A stretch of 63,079 nucleotides of DNA, the filler included, from Welwitschia mirabilis (lineage: Eukaryota): assembly GCA_051453625.1 (NCBI GenBank). It is 3 parts of one record of this genome, joined end to end, with 100 filler letters (N's around TTAATTAATTAA, not from the genome) between each part and the next. Parts side by side here need not be neighbours in the genome. Positions count along the whole stretch, not along the records: positions 31,202 to 63,079 come from JBOZIK010000001.1; 2 more parts are not named here. One strand, given 5' to 3'. Both the position numbers and the translations under genes were made by a program. The stretch's first letter is position 1. Each line of letters opens with the position of its first letter. Shown here piece after piece: positions 41,031 through 54,770 of this stretch. A model generated the notes under the pieces. The model ran no database searches, was not told the DNA's origin, and saw only the letters and a program-made list of their open reading frames with translations.

Positions 41031-41660
41031 AAAATTTTACTTTACAAAATTAGATTCTGAAATAATAAATGTAGAATTTTTTTTTGTGGAACTTTTAAAA
41101 TGATTTTCATACCTATGGTGTATGTAACTTAGTTAAGTTTAAAGTCAATAAAACCTTCTTGGATGTCTTCTTTAATGAACAATCACTCTCTCTGATATTT
41201 TTCTTTCTTGCCCAATTTTAATATGTCCTAGCATGTTTAGTTTTATGTTTAGCGTGCATCATTCCTATGGTTATATGCATGACATGTCTAGAAGACATAA
41301 TATACATAAAACCAAAAAACAAAAAATGTAAAAAAAAAAAAAAAAGTGCAAAATAAGAGACACTGAAAACACTAAAAATAGACTATCATCCTCTTAAGTC
41401 ATTTGGACAACACAGGGGACAATAGAAAAATCTTAATTTTTAAGAAAGTGAAAAACTTAAGAAACATACATTGCTATGTATCATTTAGATGATAAAGCAA
41501 ATAAAAAATCTTTTATTTTGAAATATAAAATGAAAATTATAGAAAGAAGAGAAAACCTATGCTACTACTATTAAAATTATAGTACTACTATAGACAAATA
41601 TCTGAACTAAAATTCAAACATTCACCTAAGCAATGATAGTCCTCAAACTTGAAGCAGCTT

Positions 41661-41678
41661 TCCCTAACAATAGTACCA
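41661..41678 (-). promoter_or_regulatory. PBS of C (tRNA-Asp type, degenerate)
   Basis: TGGTACTATTGTTAGGGA versus TGGCGCCGTTGCCGGGGA, 3 nt from the LTR. Confidence 0.75.
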
Positions 41679-41681
41679 AGA

Positions 41682-42937
41682 TGTTATAATGTGTATTTGT
41701 GTAAATGATTATGCTATCAAGAAGATCATATCATTTAAAAATAAATATAGATTTTGCACAAAATAATACACTAATATAGATGGGAGTGAACCAAATGTTG
41801 TATTTTCATTAAAGGCATAGGCAAGAAGAAAGAGAATTAATTTAAGAATGAAATGCTTATGTATCTTAATAGTAAAAATAAATAAAAATGCAAAAAATGG
41901 TAATGTAACAAATGAATGCAAATCTAAACTAACTATATAACTTCTATCTGATTACCAGATCAACTTGTCATAGAGATTGATCTTATATAACCTAGATTGA
42001 TCAAGAAATCCCATCACTAGATTGAGATCAAAGTAAGCTATTAAGTACATCAAACAGAATATAAAACTATGCAAAGTTAATTTAAAAAAAACATAATTCA
42101 TTTAAAATAATAATGCTCAATCTTAATACAAGTTACCTTCATAATCTATATCACTAAATAAGCTGTCATGGAATCAGAAGCAACATAAACTATAAGGGAT
42201 TTGTACAAAATAGACATATGAAAATAGAAAAGAGTTCTTTGAATTAGATTTGAACTAACATTCATATTATGAAGTACCAACATCTCAATAAAGGATGCAC
42301 AACCCAACACCAAGGAATACATCTTTCTACAATAATAATAGATATATTTATAGCTCTTTGATTTTATATCATGAGAATTTTTGGTACAAATAAAGACAAG
42401 CAAGAGTCAAGGATGGAGTCGATATATATTAACAAAAACAGACTCATAAATAAACAAGACTAATAGGTATGGGCAAAAACCCAAATAACCACACAAAAAA
42501 CTAAGAGACAAATGGCCAAAGTTAGGTGAAGTTTAGTGAAGTGTTATTTTAGGTGTCATCCTACTTATCATCTAGATGATACAAGAGATGATGCCATCTT
42601 ATAAGAATTCCATATTATCTTCCAGATTAATTCTAGTCAGCATCCTTATTGGCTTAAATGTTCTATCATCCATATAGTTATTCGAATAATGAGATGGATG
42701 ATAGGAATTTTACAAGTATTCATATAATGTATTAGCCTTAATATTTATAAAAATTTTACTTTAGATAGAAAATATTGTAAACTACTTCAAATGCTATAAG
42801 ATATAATAAAGATTGCATGTTTTTNNNNNNNNNNNNNNNNNNNNNNNNNNNNNNNNNNNNNNNNNNNNNNNNNNNNNNNNNNNNNNNNNNNNNNNNNNNN
42901 NNNNNNNNNNNNNNNNNNNNNNNNNNNNNNNCCAACA
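41682..42937 (-). repeat. 5' LTR of C (contains a gap)
   Basis: TGTTATA...CAACA. Homologous to 14498-15747. Confidence 0.85.
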
Positions 42938-44692
42938 ATATTATAGAAACATTTTAATACTATCTAGCCTACCTAATAGAGCAAATGTGTCTTTTACATC
43001 TATTCCTTTAATCTAGTTAAATCTTTGGATCACTAATCTTATTTTATTCTTAATTACATTATTTTATTCATAATACTTATTTTTAAAGATACATTTTGTT
43101 CAAATTACACTTTGGTTTTTTTATCTTTCTACAAATTTTGAAACATCATTTTTTAGATTGTTGNNNNNNNNNNNNNNNNNNNNNNNNNNNNNNTTTAAAA
43201 GATTTTTCCTCTTTAAAATTTTTGGGTTCAATTTGAGAGACATAATAAATGTAGGTACAAAAATTTTTAAGAGAGTTTTTTATTTAAATTTTTGAGACAT
43301 CTCCAATGATGAACTCCAGAGGATGATCTTTTAGCTCTTTAAACTTTTTAGAATTAACCTCTTGAGATGGATGTTCTTCCTTTTCGAATGTTATTTCTTT
43401 TATTATGAAAGTACTTAAAGTTATATTTTCATACCATTTAAAGGAAAAAAATCTTATGCTAAAGTCATCTATTTAAATGTTTATAGATTCTTCCACTTTT
43501 AGACTTTATTTATTGAATACTTGATAGGCCTTACTTCTAGTTAAGTATCCTAAAAATATTGCTTCATCAGCTTTTAACTTAAATTTTCTTAAATGTTTTT
43601 TATCTTTTAAGATAAAGCATTTACTCCCAAAGATTTTAAAATATGAAACATTTGGTTTTCTTCCTTTTTAAAACTCATAGGAAATTTTATCCATACCTGG
43701 TCTTAGGTAGACTTTATTTATAATATAGTAAGTAGTGCTTATTGCTTCAACCTAAAAGGTTTTAGGAACTTCTTTATCATTTGAATTGTTCTTGTCATTT
43801 CTTAAAGGACTCAACTTTTTATCTCAGTAATTCCATTTTGTTAAGGAGTCTTTAGGGCTGAGAACTAATGTTCTATACCATTGTCTATATAATACTTTTT
43901 AAAAAGATGATTTTCAAATTCTTCTTCATGATTAATTTTAATTTTGTTGATATTTTATTCTTTATCATTTTGAATTTTTTTACAGATTTCAACATAACTT
44001 TTATAATTTTTAGCTTTGTTTCCTAAGAAAGCAATCCAAGTAAATCTAGACTAGATACTAAAGATAGTTAAAAAATATCGTTTTCCTCTTAACCTTTTAG
44101 TTTGGACAACACTCACCAAATCCATGTGAATGAGTTCAAGTGGCATTATTATGGAGACTAAACTTTTACTTTTATGAGAAGTTCTAACTTGTTTTCCTTT
44201 TTGACAAGCATTACATAGCCTATATTTTTTAATGTTAATCTTGGGGGTTCCTTTTAAAATATTAAATTTAATGATGATTTTGAGATGATCATAATTTACA
44301 TGTGCTAATCCTTAGTGCCATAGTTCCTTTTAATTTATATGACATAACTAACAAGTAGATAAAAACTAATTAATGCTATAAACATTATCTATTCTATTTG
44401 CTTTAAGAAGAACATTATTCATTTTTTCATATCTAAGTTCACAATTTTTCCTATCAAACATAACTTTATGACCTTTATCATAAATTTGACTAATACTTAG
44501 TAATTATGTTTAAGTCCATTCACATATAGAACTTTATTAATTTTAGGTATGTTACCTCCATTGATGCTTCCAATCCCTTTACTCTTCCATTATCATTAAA
44601 TGTTTCTTATCCTCCATTAAGGTCATTCAAACGTTGGAATCTTAATTTATCACCTATCATGTATTGAGGGGAACCCCTTTATAAGTGCTAGA
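42938..44692 (-). pseudogene. B pol: protease, integrase and start of RT
   Basis: Minus strand PLELIHMDL, *QNGITE, SYFKIFGSKCFIL and RLDSIKMFL. Homologous to G pol. Confidence 0.88.
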
Positions 44693-46037
44693 TATAGAAT
44701 CAAGATTCCTAGAGGAAGGGTGAATAGGATTTAAAAAAAATTAAATCACTTTATAAAAATATCTTTACTTAAAATGAATACTAAAAAATTATGCAAATAA
44801 ATTTAAAACTATTCTGAAAAACTAAAGAGCAAAAAGTACAGAAATACCAATGAGGATGCATACAAGATTTATAGTGGTTCAGGAAGTCCCCTAGTCAACT
44901 CTTGATGATCAACCTTTTCCCAAGCCTGATACAGATATCTATTAATGTCTTTTCAGGTATTTCAAGTTTACTTGTAACCTTTACAATCAAAATTTTCTAA
45001 GGCTTAGTCTCTATCTTTAGTGAGAATGTAAAGTAGTGACAATGGTATGCTAATATGCATAGGTTTAACTTGATCTTTAGCTTAAGAAAAGTATTGGTAC
45101 ACTGCTTGAGAAGATGGTACAATCCACAAGTATATAGTACAACTAAATTAACCAAGTACACAATGATAACAAGAACTCTTAGTTTATCTTTGGTTAAGTA
45201 TAAAGAATGCCAATGAGTACAATGAATGATTTTTCAAAGATTCAAAAGTGGTACAATGATTTTTACTCTTAGAAAATATAAATTTAAGATCTTTTAGGAT
45301 TTTTACAAGTGAAAAATATCTTCTAATAGATAAAAATAGATTCATAATAACTAGACAAATCCTATTTCCATCATAACTGATCAACCTCTCAAAATGTCTA
45401 GTTGACCCCATCTAGTGTAGTTACTAAAGAAGATTACCCTCATGTTATTTTAGTTAACTTCTATTCCTTATAGTGCCATATCGGATTAACTGCTTAAAGT
45501 CTAGTTGACCACTTGTCTGGTCAACTACATATTCATCACTCCATTATTTAAGAAAGATTGCAAGAATAATTTTCGCTCTAGGATCAGATGACCCCTCAGG
45601 AATCCAGTTAATCCCTTAAAGATCAGCTATGAAAGTTTGATGTTTAGGTCTGGTTCATCCCTTAGGAATCCAGTCAACCCCTTAATTATCAGCTACAAAA
45701 ATTTTATGCTCAGGTCTAGTCAATCCCTCATGTATCTGGTTGATCCCTTGAACATTAGCTGTGAAGTATTAGACTCTTAGGTCCTGTGGATCCCATATTT
45801 GTCTAGTTAATCCCTTTAAATTTACTTATTTTAGTGTAAGATTTAAGTATAATTAACCCCTTATAAATTCGATTAACTCCTTGAAGGATACACAAACTGA
45901 CAAGTTTAGATCCAAATTATGACAAATTGTTTTAGCTTCTAACCTGCAATGCTTAATATTTTTTGCACAGGATACAACATGTTTTGCTAAATAGAAAACA
46001 TTATTTTGACATCAAATTGACAAATATTAACTCAATA
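44693..46037 (-). repeat. 3' LTR of G
   Basis: Homologous to 52603-54770 and more distantly to the B LTRs. Confidence 0.85.
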
Positions 46038-46539
46038 ATTTCCCTTTTTGACATTAATGACAAACTTATACTTAGTTAAAAATATGAAATTTAGAAAAGT
46101 CCCCTTCAAAAAATGCTTATTAACTTTACAAGAGATATTGAATATTTTATATCGAATAAGACATTTTTAGAGAGTTTCTAACTTATGCCATANNNNNNNN
46201 NNNNNNNNNNNNNNNNNNNNNNNNNNNNNNNNNNNNNNNNNNNNNNNNNNNNNNNNNNNNNNNNNNNNNNNNNNNNNNNNNNNNNNNNNNNNNNNNNNNN
46301 NNNNNNNNNNNNNNNNNNNNNNNNNNNNNNAAAAATGTGAGAAAGGAATGATAATAAAGTGCATTTCTATTAATAAAAATTTAACATTACATTAGAAAAA
46401 TTCCTCATCAAGAGTAGCTACACTGAACAGAGTAGAACAAACAACTAAATAAGTCTTTTGCTTTTGACATCAATAATAAGGAAAAGAAGAAAAACAAACA
46501 AGAAAACACAAGGGAACACAATCAAAGAGAAAAGATTAA

Positions 46540-47600
46540 TCATATTTCTTAGCTTTATCCTCCAATTCTTCTTCAAAATCTTTCTTTTCTTCTTCCTCTT
46601 CTTCTTTGACTACCTTTTATGCTAAGCTTTTAGCTTCCTCTGAAGTATCTGCAATCCCATACCTAACTATAATTAAAGATTCTTTCATATGCGTGTTATA
46701 AGAATCTATCCACCTCCAGTATGAAAGAGTCTCCTCTAGTGAGGATTACTTAGAAGAATGGGATTTAGAGAATTTCTTGAAACCTATTAAGATATGCATG
46801 TGAGACAATGGTGCATGCCCAAGGGCTGACATAAGATTAGGAATTTCTAACTTCGGATGAAGCTAGACTCTATACTGATAACAGACATTAGTAATTAAGT
46901 CTAAGGATAGGAGAGCCTTATTTATCTAATACTCCAACGGGGAGACCATATTTCTTAGCATAATGGCAAAGGAATCAATAGAGTGCATAGTTCCTATGAA
47001 ATACATCAAATATGCCCTGTAATTAAATGTATCATCATGATGTCCTACTAAATGTAAGAAATTATAAGTAAATACCAAATGTAAAAATCTATACTTTGGG
47101 GTAAGGAGAAAAGTAGAAAAGGTGGGTTTTCACTTATGAAACTTATCATAAATCTCCATTGTTACCATATCTTTGTATTCTAGAGAGTCATAAAAAGGCC
47201 AAAACTCATCATAGTCTCCTCTTGAAAGACTAGCACTAGAAATAATAAGGTTTGTAGTAATCTTCATCTTTTTTCCTACAACCACAATTTCTAGGCTAGT
47301 GGTATTTGGATCAAAGGAAGCATTGCTATAGAACATTCTAGTGAGAATAGGGTAGGCAGGTCCTGAAGCATCAAGGAAATAAGAAAGATCTAGATCTTGC
47401 AAAATTTGAACTATATCTTAAAGTTTCTTGAGCTTTATAGTAGCAACAACCCTCTCTTGGCACACTGGCTTCTCTTAAATGTCTTAGAAAACTTCTCTAT
47501 TGCTTCTTTAGACATGCCATTATAGAAATATGAAGGATCTTTAATAGCAGCCTCTTTTTATCACCTTCTTGAGGGGACCCTCAGCCATTGCAACCATGTG
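46540..47600 (-). pseudogene. G env-like extra ORF
   Basis: ORF 47130-47402 reads GPAYPILTRMFYSN...VVGKKMKITTNLI. Acidic tail. Homologous to the B copy. Confidence 0.7.
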
Positions 47601-47979
47601 GTAGGATCTTGCAAATAAGAAAACCTACAAGAAAAAGCTAGATTTGAAGGAGACAGGTGGCTAAAAGATAATGGATAGGGTTTTAACTCTACTATATTTT
47701 AAAGAAAAGGCTAATAAAGTGAGATTTAATAATGAAATCAGGTCCATCACCTTTTTAACCATAGTGTAATTCTACAAGTCTAGTTAACAGGTTTGATATT
47801 CAGTTGACCCATCGAGACATAGGTTATAGTACTTTAGATCTAAGCGACTAAGTTTTTAGTCCAATTGACTGACCACATCTGGTCAACTGAATTCTAAATC
47901 TAGTTGATCGTCCTATAATTAGTTAGAAGATGGAGAAATAACTTCCAATTTGTTATGAAGATGAAGAAAATTATTAAAT

Positions 47980-50900
47980 TTAGGGGTTTACTGAAGATAT
48001 TAGTTAGTTGATAATTTATACTAATAAAATTCATAGAAATTTTTCTATTTCAACTTGATATCTAAGAAAATGATGTCTCAATTTAATATGTTTAGTTTTG
48101 AAATGTTGAATAGAATTTTTAGAAATATTAATTACGCTAGTGTTATCATAGAAAATAATTTCCACTATATACTCATCTTTTGCTATTAAAAAGGATATTA
48201 GGTCTTTCTTTTTACTAGCCCATCCCACTAAGCATTATTCTAATAGACAATAATTTCCACTTGCACTTTTTCTATCATCTTTATACCTAACCCAATTAGC
48301 TAAATCCTACAAGATAAAATGATATCTCTATTGGATATCATAATCCAAAATCATGTGTGCCTTTTCTATATTTTATTATATTTTTAATTGCTGATAAGTA
48401 TGATTCTTTTGATTGGATTTGGTATCTTGCATACAAAACAATACTAAACATAATATTGAGTCTACTTATAGTTAGGTATAATGAACTTCCTATCATAATT
48501 CTATAAAATTTCTAGTCTACTAATTTTCCATGTTCATCTAGACTAACTTTATAAGAAGCAAAGGTGTGTCTATTATTTTAGCATTTTCCAATCCAAATCA
48601 TTTGATCAAATCATTTGGATATTTAAATTGAGATAAAAAAAATCCATTTTTTGATTGCTTAATCTATAATCCAAGAAATATTCTAAATTCATTGAGCATA
48701 CTCATCTCAAAGTGTATTGTCATGATATTTATAAATTCTTTTGATAAAAGTTTTCTAGAGGCATAAAAAATGATACCATTCACATAAATTTTTATAATAA
48801 TAAAATCCTTTTTTAAGTTCTTAATAAATAAAGTTTTATTAACCATTCTATGGATATAACCATTTTCATTTACAAATGTGACTAACTTTTTATACTAAGC
48901 TCTTAGAGCTTGCTTCAAATCATATAAAGCCTTCTTAAGTTTATACACGTAATCAAGTTTGTGAGGATTTATAAACTTTTATAGTTGTTTTACATATACT
49001 TCTTCATTTAGAGTTTCATTTAAAAAGGAACTCTTTACATCCATTTGATACACTTTGATATTTTTAAGGGCTGTATAAGATAAAAACATGCTGATGCTAT
49101 CTAACCTTGCAATAGGAGAAAATGTATTACCAACATTAATACCTTCGATTTGGTTGTAGTCTTGTCTTACTAACCTTACTTTGTTTTTTATAACATTGTT
49201 TTGATCATCACATTTGCTCTTAAAGATCCAGTTTGTCCTAGTAATATTTTTTGTTCTTTGGCCTTTTAACAAGCTTCCATACATCATTTCTTTTTAATTG
49301 TTGTAACTCATCTTGCATGGTCATCATTCATTCTTTATGGGATTTTACTTCTTCAAACTTATTAGGTTTAATTTCTAAAACATAATAAATATGAGCACAA
49401 AAATTCTCCATATAGTTCCTTTTTATAATCTTTAAGCTAACATCTCCAATGATAGACCATAAAGGATGATTGTTTAGATCTTTAAACTTTTTAATAGTGA
49501 CTTATTTTGTTGAAAATTATTCTTCCTTTTTTGTTAAATTTTCTTTTATTATGGAAGTGCTTGCAGATATGTTTTCTTCATCATTGGAAGAAATAGATTT
49601 TATGCTAACGTCATTTATTTGCCCATTTATCAACTCTTCCATAGTTAAGCTTCTTTTGTTGAAAACATGGTAAGCTCTATTTCTAGTAGAATATCCCAAA
49701 AATATTACTTCATCTACCTTAGATTAAAATATGCTTAGGTATTCTCTATCTTTTAATACAAATCACTTACTTTTAAAGACTTTAAAGTATAAAAAATTTG
49801 GTTATCTTCCTTTCCATAGCTCATAAGTAGTTTTATCAATTCTTGGTCTAAGGTAGACCCTATTTATGATATAACAAGNNNNNNNNNNNNNNNNNNNNNN
49901 NNNNATTTTTGGAACCTCCTTGTGATTCAACATTGTTCTTGTCATTTCTTGGAGAACTCTATTTTTCCTCTTAGTAATTCCATTTTATTGTAGCATTTTA
50001 GTGGTTAAGAATTGGTGATTAATATTGTTGTTAATCAAATAGGTTTTCAATTAAAGGTTCTCAAACTCACCACCATGATTAATTCTTTTTTTTCATGGTA
50101 TAACCTTTCTTATTTTGAACTTTGTTGCATATTTTAACCTAATGTTTATATGTTTTAGATTTATTTGCAAGAAAGGCAACCTAAGTATATCTTGAGTAAT
50201 CATCAACCATAGTTAAAACATAGCATTTTCCTCCTAGAATTTGAGTTTGGACTAGTTCTACCAAAGCCATATAAATAAGCTCTAATGACATTGTTGTGGA
50301 AACTTGGTTTTTACTTTTATGTGATGTCTTTACTTTTTTTCCTTTCTAGAACCATTAAAAAAACTATGTTTTTTTAATATTACTTTTTAAAATTCCTTTG
50401 ACTATTTTTTTCTAATAATCATTTTCAAATAATCATGGTTTACATGACCTAGATGTTTATGCTAATGCTATTCTTGATTAACATAAGAAAAATAACAAGC
50501 ATAAAATGATTGATTAATGCCGTAGACATTATCTATTCTATTTACTTTAAGAATAATATTATTTGTTTTATCATATCTAACTTTTCATTTAGTACTATCG
50601 AAAACAACCTTATGACCTTTATCATACATTTAACTAATGCTAAGTAAATTATGCTTTAAACCATTAACATACAAAAATTTATTTATTTTTGGTAAGTTAC
50701 CTCCACCAATGCTTATGATTTCTTTGATTTTGGCTCTTTCATTATCATTGAAAGGAACTTCTTCACCATCAAAATCATCTAGCTACTTGAACTTAGACTT
50801 GTCTCTTGTCATATGTTGAGACATTATCTATCCAAATACTAGCTAGTACCATTTGATACCTTGAAAGCTATTTGAATCAAAAGGCTTTTTAAATTATCAG

Positions 50901-52536
50901 CTCTTATCCACTTCATCCTTTTAAACCAATTTGATATACCTCCTCTTAGTACAAATTTGAAAGGAAAAGTACTAATGGAATTTGAAGACAAAATTAATTT
51001 TTAGCATTACAAATAACTTGGAATGATCTGACTTACCAAAAAAATAACATGTAAATTTAGAAATAAGCTTATTCTACCAAGTTATCTTATTTTGCTGATT
51101 TTATGGCCTTTGGGGGATGAATCCAATACCTATCTTGTCATGAGCCAGTTTCCATATTCTAAGCATTTATTTCAATTTAGTTAAACCAACTGAAAATTTA
51201 TTAACAAAACATGATAAGTTCTTTACCTCTAGTAAAAGTTTAGAATTTTTAGATTTGACCATCTTATACTTCATTTCCAATTTCTCCTTTTCTTTGATAA
51301 GAATCTTCACAATCTATTTAAATTATTGTTTTGCTTTGCTAATTTTCACACTTTATGTAAAGTGTCTGATAGGTGTTTTCATGTTCATTCTAGTCTACTT
51401 TAATGAGATTTAAATGATTGGGTTCAGATGAGCAAATTAGGTTCTATAATGGAGACACAATTGCCATGAATGAGAGCCTTCTATCTCCATCTAATTCTTG
51501 GCTAGAACTACTATAATCCTCTTCATCTACATTGTATTATATAACAATGAATAAAGATGTCTTTGACTTTCTTATTCTCTCTTATTGTTTCGATACTCAT
51601 TTGCAATGTGTCCATAACTTTTACACATATAACATTGGATCTATGTTCCTTTTTCTTGATCTTTTTTAAACTTGAAGTGACCTCTTTTTGTTTCTCTACT
51701 TGGCTTACCTTCTTTCTTTCTTTTGTGCAAAACTTTCTTAAATCTCCTTGCTAGTAGGATAAATTTATTATTATTAATATCTTCATCTAATTTTTCTAAC
51801 CTGTATTCTTCCTATACACATTTCAAAACAATACTTTTTTTCTATCTTTAGTAAAATTTAATTCATAAATTTGTAAATTACCTTACCATTCCTTAAGCGC
51901 CATCAGGTTTGTATCTTTAATTTCTTTGATTACATTGATTTTTAGATTAAACCTTTTTAGAAAAGATCTTAACACTTTTCAAACCACCTTTGCCTCATCT
52001 ATTCTTTTACCTAGACTTTCCATGGAATTTACAATGTCTATAAGTCTATAAAAGAATTCCTATAGAGTTTTCTCCTCATCCATATGGATGTCTTTAAATT
52101 TAGAAATGACCATTTGAAGTTTGACCTGCTTGATAGTGGATGTCCCTTCATGTGCAATTTCAAGGATGTCCCAAGATTTTTTTACATATTCTCAGTTTAC
52201 AAATTGTAGATTTCTTTATGTGTTCATAGTTTACAATTTGTTTAAACTCATCTGTACAAACTGCATAAAAAATTGCATTAAGAGCATGGATGTATATGGT
52301 AGATTTGAATATATTAAGGGGAAATCATTGGTCTCTAGTTTTTGCTATTATAATGGTATTTTCATGGGCATCAGTTTTAGCTAGAGTGAACATACTATAA
52401 CCATTGTAAATGACCTCTTTAATTTCTACATCTAGGAACCTCNNNNNNNNNNNNNNNNNNNNNNNNNNNACACATAGTTTAACCCATTGAACATGGGTGA
52501 ATGACCAGTGAAAAAGCTATAGGAAGTGTTACCCAT
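47980..52536 (-). pseudogene. G gag-pol pseudogene
   Basis: Start MGNTSYSF..PMFNGLNY. RT ARLDSISMFL...YQMDVKSSFLN. RNase H KTKHIKLRHHFLR. Confidence 0.9.
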
Positions 52537-52602
52537 TTTTTTAATTCTAAAGTATAGACATATTAGAATCCAAAATAGACTCAACCAAGCTCTAATATGA
52601 AA

Positions 52603-54770
52603 TGTAGGAAAAACCCTATAGAAAAGGAGGGGGGTGTGTGGATAGAATTTAAAAAATAATCAAATAAATTCACAAAAATATCTTTACTTAAAATGAACAT
52701 TAAAAGTTATGCAAATAAAACTAAAACTATTCTAAAAAATAAATAACAGAAAGCACAGAAATATTGATGAGGATGCACATAAGATTTATAGTGTTATGGG
52801 AAAACCCTACTCTATTCTTGATGATTAGCTTCTACTCAAGTCTAATTCAAATCTTTGTTAATATCTTTCTAGGTATTCCAACTTTACCTATAACCTTTAG
52901 AATCAGAATTTTCTGAGGCTCAATTTCAACCTTCAATAAGAATGTAAAGTAATGATAATGATGTACTAATATGCATAGGTTTCACTTGATCTCTAACTTA
53001 AAAATAGTATTGATACACTACTTAAGGGGATGGTATATCCATAAGCATATCGTATAATTGACTTAATTAAATATACAATAATAACAATAGCTCTTATTTC
53101 ATGTTTGGTCATGTAAAAAGAATGCTAATGAGTATAATTAATGATTTTAGAAAGATTCAAAAGTGGTACAATGGTTTTTACTCTTGACAAATATATAGTC
53201 AAGGNNNNNNNNNNNNNNNNNNNNNNNNNNNNNNNNNNNNNNNNNNNNNNNNNNNNNNNNNNNNNNNNNNNNNNNNNNNNNNNNNNNNNNNNNNNNNNNN
53301 NNNNGCTCTTATTTCATGTTTGGTCATGTAAAAAGTATGCTAATGAGTATAATGAATGATTTCAGAAAGATTAAAAAGTGGTACAATGGTTTTTACTATT
53401 GACAAATATATAGTCAAGGTATTTTAGGACTTTTACAAGTGAAAATGACCTTCTAATAGATAAAAATGGGTTCATAATGACTAGAAAAATCCCATTTCTA
53501 TCACAACTGGTTGACCCCTTGAAATATTTGATCAACTTCATTTGGTGCTGTCACTAAAGTTGATTACCTCATGTCCTTCTGGCCGACCCCTATTTCTTAT
53601 GGATTCATGTCTAGTCGACCCCTCAGGNNNNNNNNNNNNNNNNNNNNNNNNNNNNNNNNNNNNNNNNNNNNNNNNNNNNNNNNNNNNNNNNNNNNNNNNN
53701 NNNNNNNNNNNNNNNNNNNNNNNNNNNNNNNNNNNNNNNNNNNNNNNNNNNNNNNNNNNNNNNNNNNNNNNNNNNNNNNNNNNNNNNNNNNNNNNNNNNN
53801 NNNNNNNNNNNNNNNNNNNNNNNNNNNNNNNNNNNNNNNNNNNNNNNNNNNNNNNNNNNNNNNNNNNNNNNNNNNNNNNNNNNNNNNNNNNNNNNNNNNN
53901 NNNNNNNNNNNNNNNNNNNNNNNNNNNNNNNNNNNNNNNNNNNNNNNNNNNNNNNNNNNNNNNNNNNNNNNNNNNNNNNNNNNNNNNNNNNNNNNNNNNN
54001 NNNNNNNNNNNNNNNNNNNNNNNNNNNNNNNNNNNNNNNNNNNNNNNNNNNNNNNNNNNNNNNNNNNNNNNNNNNNNNNNNNNNNNNNNNNNNNNNNNNN
54101 NNNNNNNNNNNNNNNNNNNNNNNNNNNNNNNNNNNNNNNNNNNNNNNNNNNNNNNNNNNNNNNNNNNNNNNNNNNNNNNNNNNNNNNNNNNNNNNNNNNN
54201 NNNNNNNNNNNNNNNNNNNNNNNNNNNNNNNNNNNNNNNNNNNNNNNNNNNNNNNNNNNNNNNNNNNNNNNNNNNNNNNNNNNNNNNNNNNNNNNNNNNN
54301 NTTTTCACTCTAAGTTTGGTTGACCCCTTAGGAATCTGATTGACCCCTTAATAATTAGATATGAAAATTTGATACTGAAGTCTAGTTAATCCCTTAAGAA
54401 TTTGGTTAACCCCTTGATGATTGGATATGAAAATTTAATGCTCAGATTTAGTCGACCACTCAAGAATCTACTCAACCCCTTGAAGATCAACTATGAATTA
54501 TTAGGTTCTTAGTTCTGGTTAACCTCATATTTTTCTAGTCGACCCCTATGAATTTAGTTTATTTTAGTGTAACATTTAAGTGCAATCGACCCCTTAAAAA
54601 TCTAGTCAATGCCTTGGAGGGTATACAAACTAATAAGTTTAGATTTAAATTATGATAAGTTATTTTAATTTCTGACCTGTAATGATTAATATTTTCTACA
54701 TAGAATACAAAATGGTTTGCTAAATAGAAAACATTAATTTAACATCAAATTAACAAATATTAACTTAACA
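52603..54770 (-). repeat. 5' LTR of G (gapped)
   Basis: TGTAG...TTAACA with an adjacent PBS. Confidence 0.85.

Larger units (their letters stand above)
14498..42937 (-). mobile_element. Element C: Athila-like Ty3/Gypsy inserted in B RT
   Basis: LTRs at 14498-15747 and 41682-42937. tRNA-Asp-type PBS at 41661-41678 and PPT at ~15748-15762. Flanks ATATG/ATATT (4/5 TSD match). B RT (RLDSIKMFL.|YVAFKNIK) continues across it. Confidence 0.85.
44693..54770 (-). mobile_element. Element G: B-family Sirevirus-like Copia inserted in the B protease
   Basis: LTRs at 44693-46037 and 52603-54770. Degenerate PBS at 52589-52600 and PPT at ~46039-46049. Flanks CTAGA/CTAGC (4/5 TSD match). Confidence 0.88.

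Noticed and set aside
630..54339. Long ORFs in the track (630-1340, 7358-8023, 10002-11099, 53538-54339 and others)
   Set aside because: They consist of X residues translated from N gaps.
54300..54620. Repeat-spacer-like pattern resembling CRISPR
   Set aside because: Eukaryotic LTR tandem repeats with homologous spacers and no cas genes.
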